Shown piece by piece: positions 7,638-17,310 of a DNA stretch of 64,000 nucleotides. The notes beneath the pieces are model-generated. The model saw only the letters and a program-made list of their open reading frames with translations. It made no database searches and had not been told where the DNA came from. Position numbers and translations under genes: made by a program. The stretch covers positions 2,172,642 to 2,236,641 of the forward strand of contig OY970203.1 in assembly GCA_963708325.1 (NCBI GenBank), given 5' to 3'. Within the stretch, counting starts at the first letter, position 1; every line of letters begins with the position of its first letter. This DNA is from an uncultured Thermoleophilia bacterium (GTDB lineage: Bacteria; Actinomycetota; Thermoleophilia; Solirubrobacterales; 70-9).

Positions 7638-9847
7638 GTCTTCGTCTTAGTCCGCCTGCTCTTCGGGGCGGCGGGCTTCGCCTTGCTAGCCCTCTTAGCC
7701 GTTCCTCGCTTGGTCGCCGCACCGGGTTTGCCGTCTCCGCTCGCGCCGCTTTTGGCGGGAGCGCGCCGTCGCGCCTTCCTCGGAGCCAGCTTGGCGGGCT
7801 CCACAACCTCTCGGCGCTCGTTCCCGTGCGTGTCCATGTAGATGACCAGGACCCGCTCGCCCGCGTGCGTGAGATCGAGTTCAAACGCCCAAGACGCCTT
7901 CTGAAGCTCGTCGCCGAACCGGTGCTCGCGCAAGCGGAACACGTCGTCGTCGTAATCCGAATCCGCCATGACCATCGCCAGATCGCCCCGGCCGGCGTCC
8001 CCCAGGTCGGCGAAGTCATCGGGATCGAGCCCGCCGCGTCGGAACTCCGCCACCTCCGCCCGCAGCTTCCCGTCCTTGGTTGCGTAGCCGACCTTGACCT
8101 CGGGCGGCTCCACGAAATCGAAGCCGAAGGAGTCGATCGCGTCGTTCAGCTCGTCGAAAGAGCCGGGTTGCGCGAGCAAATCGAAGTCGCGACCGTGCAG
8201 GGCCTCGATCACCGAGTACGGCACCCGCAGGATGAAGTACGTGTTCTCGTCCAGCGTGATCACGTCCTCGAACAGAGAGGGATCGCACGCGGAAACCGGC
8301 GCGATCACGTACACCTCGCCGCTGGCCTTCGCCTTGATGCGCTCGTGCAGAGACTCGATGTAGGAGCGCCCCATCAGGGCGTCGGTCTCGTTGAAGGGGA
8401 ACAGATGCACCGGGCCGCCCTTTCTGATCCCGACCATCGGCACGGCCCCCAACCTGTGGGAATCTGGGCGACAGCCGAACAGCTCCAGGACGAAGGCCTC
8501 GTACTTCTCAAACGGGAGTTCCTCCAATAGGGCGTTGTCGTAAAGGCCCGCCGAGCAGAGCTCGAACGGCCGGAGGGTCGGCAGCACCGGTTGCTTGCCA
8601 TTGCCCTCGGTCATACCAAGGAGGCGCCGCTGCGTCGTGTAGACGGCCAGCTTCCCGCAGTCAACGGCCATCCATCGCCGGCCCAGCCGCTCGGCCACAA
8701 CTGCGGTGGTCCCCGATCCAGAGAAGCAATCCAGGATCAGGTCGCCCTCGGTCGATCCGGATTCGATGATCCGCTCGAGCAGTGCCTCGGGCTTTTGCGT
8801 CGGGAAGCCTTCGCGCTCTGCAGCCTGCGCTCCAATTGGCCCGATGTCCGTCCAAATGTCCTGAAGCGAGACGCCCGGCTGCTCATCGAGGTATCGCTTC
8901 TGGCGGGGGACCGCTCCCGGTTTCGCCTGAACGACCTCCCCCGAGGCGTAGAGCTCCTCCATCCTCTTCTTCGTGAATCGCCAGTAGCGAGTAACTCCCC
9001 GGAACTCGTACCGTGGGTTGCCCTTGCTCGCCCCGCCCGGGGCCGTCAGGTCTCCAAGGGCGTACCGGCGCCCGGTTGCCTCCTCGACGTGCTGGTAGTA
9101 CGAGTCGATATGGCTCTCCTCGTACGGAGTAAAGATCGGGTTCCACACCCACTGGTCGCCCTTGGAGTAGAAGAGGATCGCGTCGTGGATCCGGCCGTGC
9201 TGCTGCCTGCCCTGCTTTGTGTCGGAGTGGGCGCTTGAGCGCTTCCAGATGATCTCGGTGCGGAAGTTCTGCGGCCCGAAGATCTCGTCGAGCAGAACCT
9301 TCATGTAGTGGACCTTGTTCGTGTCGAGGTGTAGGTACAGCGCCCCGTTGTCGGCCAGCAGCTCGTGGATGAAGACGAGGCGCTTGCGGAGGAACTCGAC
9401 GAACTCGGCTCCCTCGACCTTGTCTCGGTACGCCGGCTGGTTCTTGCTGCCGCGAAACTCGCGCTTGGTCGCGAACGGCGGGTCGATGTAGCAGAGGCGC
9501 ACCCCGGATGTACCGTCGGCGTTCAGGAGCTCGCCGCGCTCCTTCATCTCAAGGAGCGTCTTCAGGACCTGGAGGTTGTCGCCGGAGACGAGCTTGTTCG
9601 TCCAACCGTCCTCGCCGTCGGAGCCGAAGCGCTTCAAGGTCTGGAGCGGCACCGCCATGGTGTCCGCGAGGATCGAGCTGCGGCTCTGCTTTCCGGAGTA
9701 GGCAAGCTCAGCCTCTTTCGCCTCCTGGAAGAGGCGCTGGCGCCAGTGCTCATCGAGGAGCTCGCCGCTACGCAGTCGCTCCGCGATCGCGTCGATCTCG
9801 TGCTCGGTGAGGGCGGGTCGCAGGCCTTCTGAATCACCGCTTGCCAC
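7634..9847 (-). CDS. mod: Type III R-M DNA methyltransferase, Mod subunit (beta-class N6A/N4C)
   Basis: 737 aa with a GTG start. Catalytic CYIDPPF motif lies upstream of the AdoMet motif [21 protein letters not shown] (beta-class order). It carries a C-terminal Lys/Arg/Ala/Pro-rich tail. Confidence 0.85.
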   Translation of the reverse strand: MASGDSEGLRPALTEHEIDAIAERLRSGELLDEHWRQRLFQEAKEAELAYSGKQSRSSILADTMAVPLQTLKRFGSDGEDGWTNKLVSGDNLQVLKTLLEMKERGELLNADGTSGVRLCYIDPPFATKREFRGSKNQPAYRDKVEGAEFVEFLRKRLVFIHELLADNGALYLHLDTNKVHYMKVLLDEIFGPQNFRTEIIWKRSSAHSDTKQGRQQHGRIHDAILFYSKGDQWVWNPIFTPYEESHIDSYYQHVEEATGRRYALGDLTAPGGASKGNPRYEFRGVTRYWRFTKKRMEELYASGEVVQAKPGAVPRQKRYLDEQPGVSLQDIWTDIGPIGAQAAEREGFPTQKPEALLERIIESGSTEGDLILDCFSGSGTTAVVAERLGRRWMAVDCGKLAVYTTQRRLLGMTEGNGKQPVLPTLRPFELCSAGLYDNALLEELPFEKYEAFVLELFGCRPDSHRLGAVPMVGIRKGGPVHLFPFNETDALMGRSYIESLHERIKAKASGEVYVIAPVSACDPSLFEDVITLDENTYFILRVPYSVIEALHGRDFDLLAQPGSFDELNDAIDSFGFDFVEPPEVKVGYATKDGKLRAEVAEFRRGGLDPDDFADLGDAGRGDLAMVMADSDYDDDVFRLREHRFGDELQKASWAFELDLTHAGERVLVIYMDTHGNERREVVEPAKLAPRKARRRAPAKSGASGDGKPGAATKRGTAKRASKAKPAAPKSRRTKTKT

Positions 9848-10150
9848 GGACTCAGGCTAACCCACCCTTCCGCGTCAGAACGACCCGGGGCCGTCCCTCC
9901 CAGCGCTTGGGTCCGCGGCCCCTCCTGAGCTCGCCGCATCCGCTGCTCATCGCCCGTAAACCGGCCGCCAGGGCCGGTGAGTCGGCTCGCCTGTCGCCAA
10001 TCGCGCAAAGGAGCCACGGATCCGCGGAGACAGGAAGCGCCGCTTTGCATGGAAAGCGGGCATGGCCTGCGCCCCAGACCGCGATAGAGCGGTTCCGCGA
10101 GCATAATGCCGCGTCGCGCGTCCACCGCGTCGCTGCCTAAGCTCGGCGCT

Positions 10151-11404
10151 ATGGATTTCTCCGCAACGATCGCGATCGCCGTTCTCGCGCTCCTGTTCAC
10201 CGTCGGGTCGTTCTGGTGGCTGAACGCGCGGCGCGGTTCGCTCGCCGCCGTTGTGCCGCCGGTCTACGCGTTCGTGGAGGGCTTTCGACTGCGGTTTCCC
10301 GTCGCGGTCTTCAACGACGGCGCGGCCCCGCTGCTCATCATCGATCTGAGGGTCGCGATCTCGGGCGCTGGGACGTACGAGTGGCAGACCACGCGCACAT
10401 CGGTCATGCCGAAAGAGGACGACGGACACGAATTCGCGGTGCCGTTCTCGGTCAAGGGCCGGGACACCGCGACGGTCATCGCCGAGTTCGGCGGGGACTA
10501 CGACTGGCTGCCAAAGGCCGGCGCGTCGCACGAGATTCGCCTCGAGGCGCTGATTCATGACGACGCAGCTTGGACCGAGCTTGTGACCTTCACGTGGTGG
10601 GCACCGCCGTCCGACCAACTCATGCGCAACTACATCGCTCATCGAAACGAGCCGCCATCACCATCCGCTGCTCACGAGGGCGGAGGCATGAGTGACCATC
10701 TCGGCATCCGTTTCAAGATCGGCGACGCGTTCCCCGCCGACGATCAACTGGCGCGCTGGATGACGATCTGTGCGATGGCACTCAACGACCTGCTCTACGT
10801 CAATCGCCTGCTCATGCCGCGCCTCCAGGAAGAAGTCGAGTCCGAGGACTACGAGAACGTCTACCTCGCGCGCGTCGCCGGCGCTCACCTATTCGAGATC
10901 GCCAAGTTCCTCGGCCATGCGCATCGGCGTATCCCGGCGATCGGCAAGTTCGTCGAGGGACTCGATGCTGACCAGAAGGCGGCCTACGAGAAGGTCACCG
11001 CCGTCGGGCCGAACGGGTCGAGCGATTTTGCGAAGCACCTCGGGGTTGCTCGCGGACAGGTCTTTCACTACTCAGAGCTAATCCCGCAGAACGAAATTCG
11101 GGAAGACCTAAGGGCCGCGATGACCGAGCACGCCGACTCGAGGGGCGAGATCCGCGACGAGGGCGCCCCGATCACCGGGTTCCGCGCGCGCTTCGCTGAC
11201 GATATTGCGGTCGAGCTGACCTTCGGCGATCGCCCGCTCGATAAGCGCGAGTACGTCACCCAGGTCAGCGAGCACATCGCTGCGTATCTGGAGTTTGCGT
11301 TCGCCGCAATCGCGGCCTACGTCCAGCGTCTGCCGCGCGAGGCTTGGGAATACATCGAGTTCGAGACACCGTCGCGTTCGCCTCGTGACTCGGGATCCGC
11401 CTGA
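10151..11404 (+). CDS. Hypothetical membrane-anchored protein (N-terminal TM helix plus beta-rich module, C-terminal helical module)
   Basis: The ATG at 10151 gives MDFSATIAIAVLALLFTVGSFWWL (a TM helix). An internal ATG at 10688 is preceded by GGCGGAGGC, so the C-terminal 238 aa may also be made separately. No family recognised. Confidence 0.5.
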   Translation: MDFSATIAIAVLALLFTVGSFWWLNARRGSLAAVVPPVYAFVEGFRLRFPVAVFNDGAAPLLIIDLRVAISGAGTYEWQTTRTSVMPKEDDGHEFAVPFSVKGRDTATVIAEFGGDYDWLPKAGASHEIRLEALIHDDAAWTELVTFTWWAPPSDQLMRNYIAHRNEPPSPSAAHEGGGMSDHLGIRFKIGDAFPADDQLARWMTICAMALNDLLYVNRLLMPRLQEEVESEDYENVYLARVAGAHLFEIAKFLGHAHRRIPAIGKFVEGLDADQKAAYEKVTAVGPNGSSDFAKHLGVARGQVFHYSELIPQNEIREDLRAAMTEHADSRGEIRDEGAPITGFRARFADDIAVELTFGDRPLDKREYVTQVSEHIAAYLEFAFAAIAAYVQRLPREAWEYIEFETPSRSPRDSGSA

Positions 11405-11425
11405 CCGCCTCTAACAATCTGAGCC

Positions 11426-11956
11426 ATGGAGACCCAACGGTCGATAGGAGACTTCTCCGAGGATGAGCTACGCGACTACGCGTGCGAGCACGTCCTTTAT
11501 GAGATCACGCATTTCATCCGCGCGGCCCAAGCCATTGAGGCGGCGCGGGCTGGGCTCTTTCCGATGAACTTTGCGATCGAGGTCTTTGCCCTCCACCTCC
11601 GTAACCTGCTCGACTTCTTCGCCCCACGCAGCGCGCGCCCGACCGACGCGTGCGCCCGGCACTTCCACACCGACTGGGATGAGCCTGAGCTAAACCTCTA
11701 TCTCCGCGAAGCGCGGTGGATGGCCGACAAGCACATCGCGCATCTCACAACGGATCGGACCGCCGACGTTGACCTCAAGACGTGGGCTGTCGAGCCGATC
11801 GTTCGGTCGCTCATCCCGGTCATCGAGCGTTTCGCTGAGGGCGCGGATCTCGTCTGCGACAGCTTCCGTGACCACGTAAGGGACCGCTTGGGGGAACTCC
11901 CGCCTGCCCGTGATCCGACCGAGCTGCCTCCCGGGCCTGACTTCGCGCCGGGGTAG
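11426..11956 (+). CDS. Hypothetical helical protein
   Basis: 176 aa, 21 nt after the previous gene. It contains REARWMADKHIAHLT, which fits a loose Rx4-6H pattern. HEPN-like status is unproven. Confidence 0.5.
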   Translation: METQRSIGDFSEDELRDYACEHVLYEITHFIRAAQAIEAARAGLFPMNFAIEVFALHLRNLLDFFAPRSARPTDACARHFHTDWDEPELNLYLREARWMADKHIAHLTTDRTADVDLKTWAVEPIVRSLIPVIERFAEGADLVCDSFRDHVRDRLGELPPARDPTELPPGPDFAPG

Positions 11957-12061
11957 GAATCAGCGAACTCGTCGCCGCGCAGGACCCCCGCTGCACTCGG
12001 TTCGATCGCTCGCGTAGCGCGTGGACTCGATGAGCCCCCACTTAGGTCAAGCCATCCGCCG

Positions 12062-13761
12062 CTATTCGCGGCGCTCAACCTTGAGCAGCCGCAGGTAGCA
12101 CCCCGTCTGAAGGAGCAGTGCCGCGTCACCGCGACCGATCTCGTCGCACAGGCCGTGGGCGATGACATTGCGCAGGTTCAGACCGAGCGAGTCGGCCAGA
12201 AGGTTGACCAGATATGCGTGCCAACCCCGTGCGCCACGAGCGAAGACGGGACGGAGCTGCTCGAGGATCCAGCCGAGTGGACGTTCTCGACCGGGGTTTG
12301 CACCAGATGGCTCGAGATAGGTGGGGATCCCCAGGTGTCGCGCGAGCTCGCGCAGGATCGCTTCGATCCGGGGAGCGATCACGTGTGCGGCGTCGTCGGG
12401 CTCGCCACCCCAGTAGTGCTCGAAGCCACGTGCGATGCGATCGGCAATCTCGGGGCGGATCAGGGTCGTGGTGAACAGTTCACGTATGGCCTCTCGGCTC
12501 CCACTGCCAGAGTGCGCCTCTCGGATTTCGTCCAGGACGTTGGCGGCCAGCAGCGACCAAAGGCGTGCTGCATTCGCGCGCTGTTGTGCGCGGACCCACT
12601 GTTGGCGGCGTTCATCGGTGTTGGCGAGGAAGAGCACGCTTGATTCGTCCGAGCTCATGACCACCTGCGTGACGAGAAACTGCAACGGGGCCGCCTGGCG
12701 AAGGCCTTCAATCCGCTCGTCGAGGTCCTCGGGTTCGCCACCGGGCGGACCGGCGACCCCAAACCGCGTGAACGCCCCCTCAAGGTCGTCGTCACCAACG
12801 ATGCGATCGATCATCTGCCGCATAGCCTCGGTTGGGATCTCGACCTGGGCGGAGACGGTCTTCAGGTCGAAGTCCTCGGGATTCATCGCCTGAAGCTCAC
12901 GCCGCAGCTCCTCGATAAGACTGGCTTCGAGCTCGTGTCTGGTCGCTAGCGCGAGAGCACGCTGCAAGTGGACCGCTCGGATCATTCCCTCGGTCTCGCC
13001 TGCCGCAGTTCGCCACCTGTCGACCTGCTCCCGGCGCAGGTCCTTGCGACGCTCCGGGGCTCTCCCGATCTTGAGCTCGACGATCGTCTCCGCGATGTGC
13101 GGGTCGTCGCCGTAGCGGGCCTCGGTGGCGTCGATCAGCTCGTCGAGTTCATCCGGTGGACCCTCGAGCCGCGCCAGCGGTGCTAGAAGGCCTAGCGCAA
13201 CACCCGGCCCTCCGTCCTCAGCGGCTAGGTCCTCGCGAACCATCTCGACGCTACGGCGGACGATTTGCCCCATCCGGTCCTCGTCGCGCAAATCGGCCCC
13301 AGCTCGAGAGCCCGGACCAGGCCGACGACGCGTTCGATCGCCGGCCAATCGGGGTTTGCACTCAGCTCGACGTACGCATCGACAGCCGCGCGAGCGTGTA
13401 GGTCCGGGCGGTCGCCAATCCTTCGCTCCCAGAGCAGGTCCTCCAGACGAGAGCTGGCGATCGGATCGTCGAGCGCCCCCGCGGCGGCGATCCATGCGTC
13501 GACGTCCGCAGTCACAACGTCAGCCAACGGCGGGGGGAACTGTCCCTGGTCGGTGACGATCATCGGAGCGAATGGGCCCTCCTCAGATCGCCGCTCCTCG
13601 TCGTGGACCAGCATGTAGCCGAAGGCGAAGACGAGGGGCCGGTACTGCTCCTGGGTGTCCTGCGGGGCGAGCTCGCGCAGTTTCGCGTCCACAGCGTGCC
13701 AGCTGTCGGCCTCGGTCACGGCTTGGCGAAGGTGCTCAAGGACTTTTGGTTCGAGACTCAT
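12062..13761 (-). pseudogene. HEPN-motif (RNxxxH, DUF4209-like) protein gene split by a frameshift
   Basis: The N-terminal ORF 13225-13761 and the C-terminal ORF ending at 12062 join in sense (...VRALELG / ADLRDEDRMGQIV...) if one base is added or removed in the GGCCCC run at 13295-13300. The C-terminus carries LNLRNVIAHG. Confidence 0.55.
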
Positions 13762-13856
13762 GAACCTCAGATGGTTAGCGGGGCCTGCGGCTAGAACCCG
13801 CTGGTCCTGATCCTGCTCCCGAGCCGATCAGCCGCAGCTGCCTCCAGACTAAGCGC

Positions 13857-14645
13857 GTGCGGATTCTCGACCTAGACCTCGACTTCTTTCAGGAGGGCAG
13901 AGCGACTCACATTTCATTCGATGAAGTCCGTCGTGATCCAGACGAATACCCGCCCTGGCTGCTGGAGGACGCCCTCGCGTTTGTGGAGACCCAGTGCTTG
14001 GTGACCGACAAGCTGCCGGGCCTCGCGGTCGAGCACCACGCTGAGCTGTTCCATCACTTCGGGGAATGGATCGAGAACGGGACGCTCACGTCATCATTCG
14101 AGCTCGTCCACGTCGATGCTCACGCCGACCTCGGTCTCGGCGATTCGGGATACGACTACATCCTCGCCGAGCTCGCTTTCGCTCCCCTCGCCGAGCGTTA
14201 CAAGGCGCTGAAGGAGGGTGTTCCCGCCTTGCCCGAGGCGTTCTGCGAGCGGGGCGCCGACGCGCTCAACGACGCCAACTGGCTGGCGTTCGCAGTCGCC
14301 TGCGGCTGGCTCTCAGAGTTGACTTACGTGTTCAACGGCATCGGTCCCGCGCCAGGTGACCTGCTGCGCTACCTGATGAAGGACTTCGACGTCGAATCGG
14401 ATCACCTCCAAGTCCACGCTATAGAGAGAGGAGAGCTTCGGGACTCGCTGATGCGCATCGGTCCGCCGCGGGTCGAGCGAGCAGATCCCGCCATCCCCTT
14501 CGCGGCGATCCCCTGGCGCGACTACCAGGCGACGCGGCCGTTCGATGTCGTCTGCCTCACGCGCTCACCGGCCTACACGTCTTCGACAGCTGATCCCATC
14601 TTCGACACGATTCGAGAGCGCTTCATTGACGAGCGGCGTTTCTAG
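13857..14645 (+). CDS. Hypothetical protein, UPF0489/arginase-fold-like
   Basis: 262 aa. It opens with RILDLDLDFF and has an HVDAHADLG metal-site-like motif. The family assignment is from memory only. Confidence 0.45.
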   Translation: MRILDLDLDFFQEGRATHISFDEVRRDPDEYPPWLLEDALAFVETQCLVTDKLPGLAVEHHAELFHHFGEWIENGTLTSSFELVHVDAHADLGLGDSGYDYILAELAFAPLAERYKALKEGVPALPEAFCERGADALNDANWLAFAVACGWLSELTYVFNGIGPAPGDLLRYLMKDFDVESDHLQVHAIERGELRDSLMRIGPPRVERADPAIPFAAIPWRDYQATRPFDVVCLTRSPAYTSSTADPIFDTIRERFIDERRF

Positions 14646-14783
14646 GTGAGGAGGAGGGCCGCGACATCTCCTGAAGACCGCCGCTTTCCATGCCGAGGAA
14701 CACTAATCTCGTCGCGGATCAGGCTGGCTCCCTTCGCGTGAGAGCAGCAGCGCCGACGAGATCTCGACCGGCTCAAACCAAGA

Positions 14784-15917
14784 TCAGACACCAGCGGCTC
14801 TGACGCGCGGCTTGATGAGTGCGGCCACCTGCGACGCCGCTTCCTCATGCATCGCCGGGATCGCATGCGAGTACACGTCGAGCGTGATCGAGATCGTTGC
14901 GTGGCCGAGGCGCTCCTGCACGACCTTCGGGTGCACTCCGGCCTGGAGCGCCAGCGTGGCGTGGGTGTGACGGAGGTCGTGGAGGCGGATTTTCGGCAGG
15001 CGCGCCGATGCGAGGTGGCGCGCGAACGCTCGCGACAAGCTCCGAGGCCAGATCGGTGTTCCGTCCTCGCGGCAGAACACGAAATCATCGTCCTGGTAGG
15101 TGGGACCAAGCGCACGCCGCTCGGTTTGCTGGGCGCGCCGGTGCTCCCGAAGCGCGGCCACCGTGCCCGGGTCGAGCGCGACGGTACGCCGGCCGCGCTC
15201 GCTCTTCGTCTCCGAGACGACCCGGTTCCCGACGAGCGTCTGCACAATCATCGCCCGCCCGGCGTCGAGGTCCACGTCCCGCCAGCGGAGCCCGAGGGCC
15301 TCTCCGCGCCGGCATCCCGTCATCGCCAGGAACCGCCAGCACCCTGCGAGTCGGTCGTTGCGGACGCTCTCCAGGAAGGCTTGGAGCTCGGCTGCGGACC
15401 ACGTCCGCATCACGCGCTTTCGAGTGGCGCGGAGCGACGGGGGATCGGCGGCATCGGCCGGGCTCCGCGCGAGCCGATTCCACTTCACGGCATCGGAGAG
15501 CGCGCGGCGGAGGATCGCGTGTATGTACCGGACGGTTCGCGGCGAGAGGCACGCGCTCAGGTCGGCGTACATCGAGTTGAGCATCGCGGGGGTCAGGGCC
15601 TGGAGCCGCACCGATCCGAGACGGGGGAGGACGTGATTGCGAACGTTCGCGGCGTAGGAATCGAACGTGAGCGGCCGCAGGCTGGACCGGACGGCGGGGA
15701 GCCACTCCCCTTCGAGGAACGAGCGGACCGTCAGCTTCGATGGCGCGACGTACTGGCCGGTCGAGAGCTGGCCGAGGATCTCCGTCAGCGCCTCGCTGGC
15801 CTCGCGCTTGGTCCTGAACCCGGAGTGCCACTTCTGGCGCCGTCGGCCCTGCTCGTCGCGGCCGATGTCGACGACGACCGCCCAGGTGCTGCCCCGCTTC
15901 CTGATGTGGCCCCTCAT
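14784..15917 (-). CDS. Tyrosine-type site-specific integrase
   Basis: 377 aa. N-terminal RKRGSTWAVVVD arm-binding-type opening, Arg box MTGCRRGEALGLRW, HxxR in RLHDLRHTHATL, and the Tyr region LGHATISITLDVYSH. Confidence 0.9.
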   Translation of the reverse strand: MRGHIRKRGSTWAVVVDIGRDEQGRRRQKWHSGFRTKREASEALTEILGQLSTGQYVAPSKLTVRSFLEGEWLPAVRSSLRPLTFDSYAANVRNHVLPRLGSVRLQALTPAMLNSMYADLSACLSPRTVRYIHAILRRALSDAVKWNRLARSPADAADPPSLRATRKRVMRTWSAAELQAFLESVRNDRLAGCWRFLAMTGCRRGEALGLRWRDVDLDAGRAMIVQTLVGNRVVSETKSERGRRTVALDPGTVAALREHRRAQQTERRALGPTYQDDDFVFCREDGTPIWPRSLSRAFARHLASARLPKIRLHDLRHTHATLALQAGVHPKVVQERLGHATISITLDVYSHAIPAMHEEAASQVAALIKPRVRAAGV

Positions 15918-16432
15918 GCCGCTCCTCCGTCCTGGACTGCAAGTGCAGCGCGGGTACGCCGGATTGCGGGAAGCCCGATCGGGCGCAGTGCCGCTCGCTC
16001 GGCGACCTGCGCGAGCGCCCGGCTGAGGCTCCGCGGATGGAGCGGCTCACCGCTCTCGCGGCAGACCACGAGGTCGTGGTCGCTGTAGTCGGAGCCCCAC
16101 TCGGATCGCTCGGCCTCTTGGCGCTCGCGGTGCTCGCAGAGAATCGCGACCGTGCCCGGGTGGAGGTCGACCGCGCGCACCCGGCGCGACGTCGACGGCG
16201 GCTTGATCGCTGTGTAGGGAACACCGACGACGGCGTTGCGAACGTCGATCCGCGCAGCGTCGAGATCGACGTCCGTCCAGCGCAGCGCGAGCAGCTCGCC
16301 GGTACGCAACCCGCCGAATGCGGCGAGGTGCCACGCTGCCTCGAGGCGCGTGCCGCGTATCTCCGCGAGAAACGCGGCGAGCTCGTCTGGCGTCCAGTGG
16401 TCGAGCCGACTCACCGCGGAGCCCCCAGCCAC
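15914..16432 (-). pseudogene. Truncated tyrosine integrase paralogue (catalytic-domain fragment)
   Basis: 172 aa, alignable by eye to residues ~170-335 of the neighbouring integrase (GGLRTGELLALRWTDVDLD, DLVVCRESGEPLHPRSLSRA). The HxxR region is degenerate (LPAIRRTRA) and there is no Tyr segment. The stop overlaps the intact integrase start (ATGA). Confidence 0.65.
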
Positions 16433-16614
16433 TCGAGTAGAGCCGGGACGGGGACGACGATTCGGCGACCGAGTCGCCGTGTCGGAAACTCGCCGCGGCG
16501 GGCGGCCTCGTACGCGGCCGTGCGCCCGAGGCCGAGAATCTGGGCGGCCTGCTCGACCGTGATCGTCGCCTCATCGGCGAGCTGGATGAGCAGGGAGGGC
16601 TTACGCTCTCTCAT
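16411..16614 (-). CDS. Excisionase-family HTH DNA-binding protein
   Basis: 67 aa. ITVEQAAQILGLGRTAAYEAARRGEFPTRRLGRRIVVP is an Xis-type HTH. Confidence 0.75.
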   Translation of the reverse strand: MRERKPSLLIQLADEATITVEQAAQILGLGRTAAYEAARRGEFPTRRLGRRIVVPVPALLEWLGAPR

Positions 16615-16683
16615 GTCAGGACCTCCTATGTAGGTCTTGGCCAGGCCCCGGGGCGTTCCAGCGCCGCCGGGGCCGCTCTCGTT

Positions 16684-16738
16684 GCTTACACGAGTAGGCT
16701 AGCGCGCTGGTCGGACGGATCCGCGTACACGTGTAAGC
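16684..16738. promoter_or_regulatory. 9-bp perfect inverted repeat in a divergent intergenic region
   Basis: GCTTACACG (16684-16692) and CGTGTAAGC (16730-16738) lie between the divergent Xis-like and AlpA-like genes. Candidate operator or recombination-directionality site. Confidence 0.3.
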
Positions 16739-16746
16739 TCAAGGCG

Positions 16747-16974
16747 ATGAACCCGCGGATCGACACCGAGGATCTGATCGACGCGCATGGCGTTGCAGAG
16801 ATCCTCGGTCTGACTCATCGCAATACGGTGAGCCAGTACCTGGAGCGGTATCCCGAGATGCCGCGTCCGGTTGTGGACCTGGGTCGCGGCCGGCCGCGGC
16901 TATGGCTGCGGAGCGAGATTGAGGGCTGGGCCGAGCAGCGCGCTTCGCGGAAGGGTGAGCGCTCGCGCGACTGA
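16747..16974 (+). CDS. AlpA/excisionase-like HTH DNA-binding protein
   Basis: 75 aa. LIDAHGVAEILGLTHRNTVSQYLERYPEMPRPVVDLGRGRPRLWLRSEIEGW is the typical actinobacterial island regulator pattern. Confidence 0.75.
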   Translation: MNPRIDTEDLIDAHGVAEILGLTHRNTVSQYLERYPEMPRPVVDLGRGRPRLWLRSEIEGWAEQRASRKGERSRD

Positions 16975-17310
16975 ACCCGGCGCGGTCCGGCGGAGATGCT
17001 CGAAGACTTTGCGCCCTGCGAAGCACGTCGCCAGGTAGCCGGTCTTGACGCTCCTGGCGCCTTCCGGGCGCTTGAGCAAGTCGACGTCAGCACCTTCGGC
17101 GAGTTCCGCACAATCAACGGTCTCGGCGTCTACTTCAGAGCTGCTTTCCGCACGGCGATCCGGTGTACGGCTGGATCGCTGAGTGGTGCTTGTCGCGCGA
17201 AGCGAGAGCGAGATCTGCACGCCGTATGCGCATGTCCAGGCCGCCATGCCCTCGCGGAGTGTCTCAACCCAAACGCGACCCAGCTATCGGATCAAACTAG
17301 AGTTGGCCAC

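Noticed and set aside
16996-17310. First 105 codons of ORF 16996-18915
   Set aside because: The composition is not protein-like (Cys/Arg/Ala-rich with no hydrophobic periodicity). The next in-frame start (GTG 17311) immediately precedes the TM helix. It is kept as an uncertainty rather than called.
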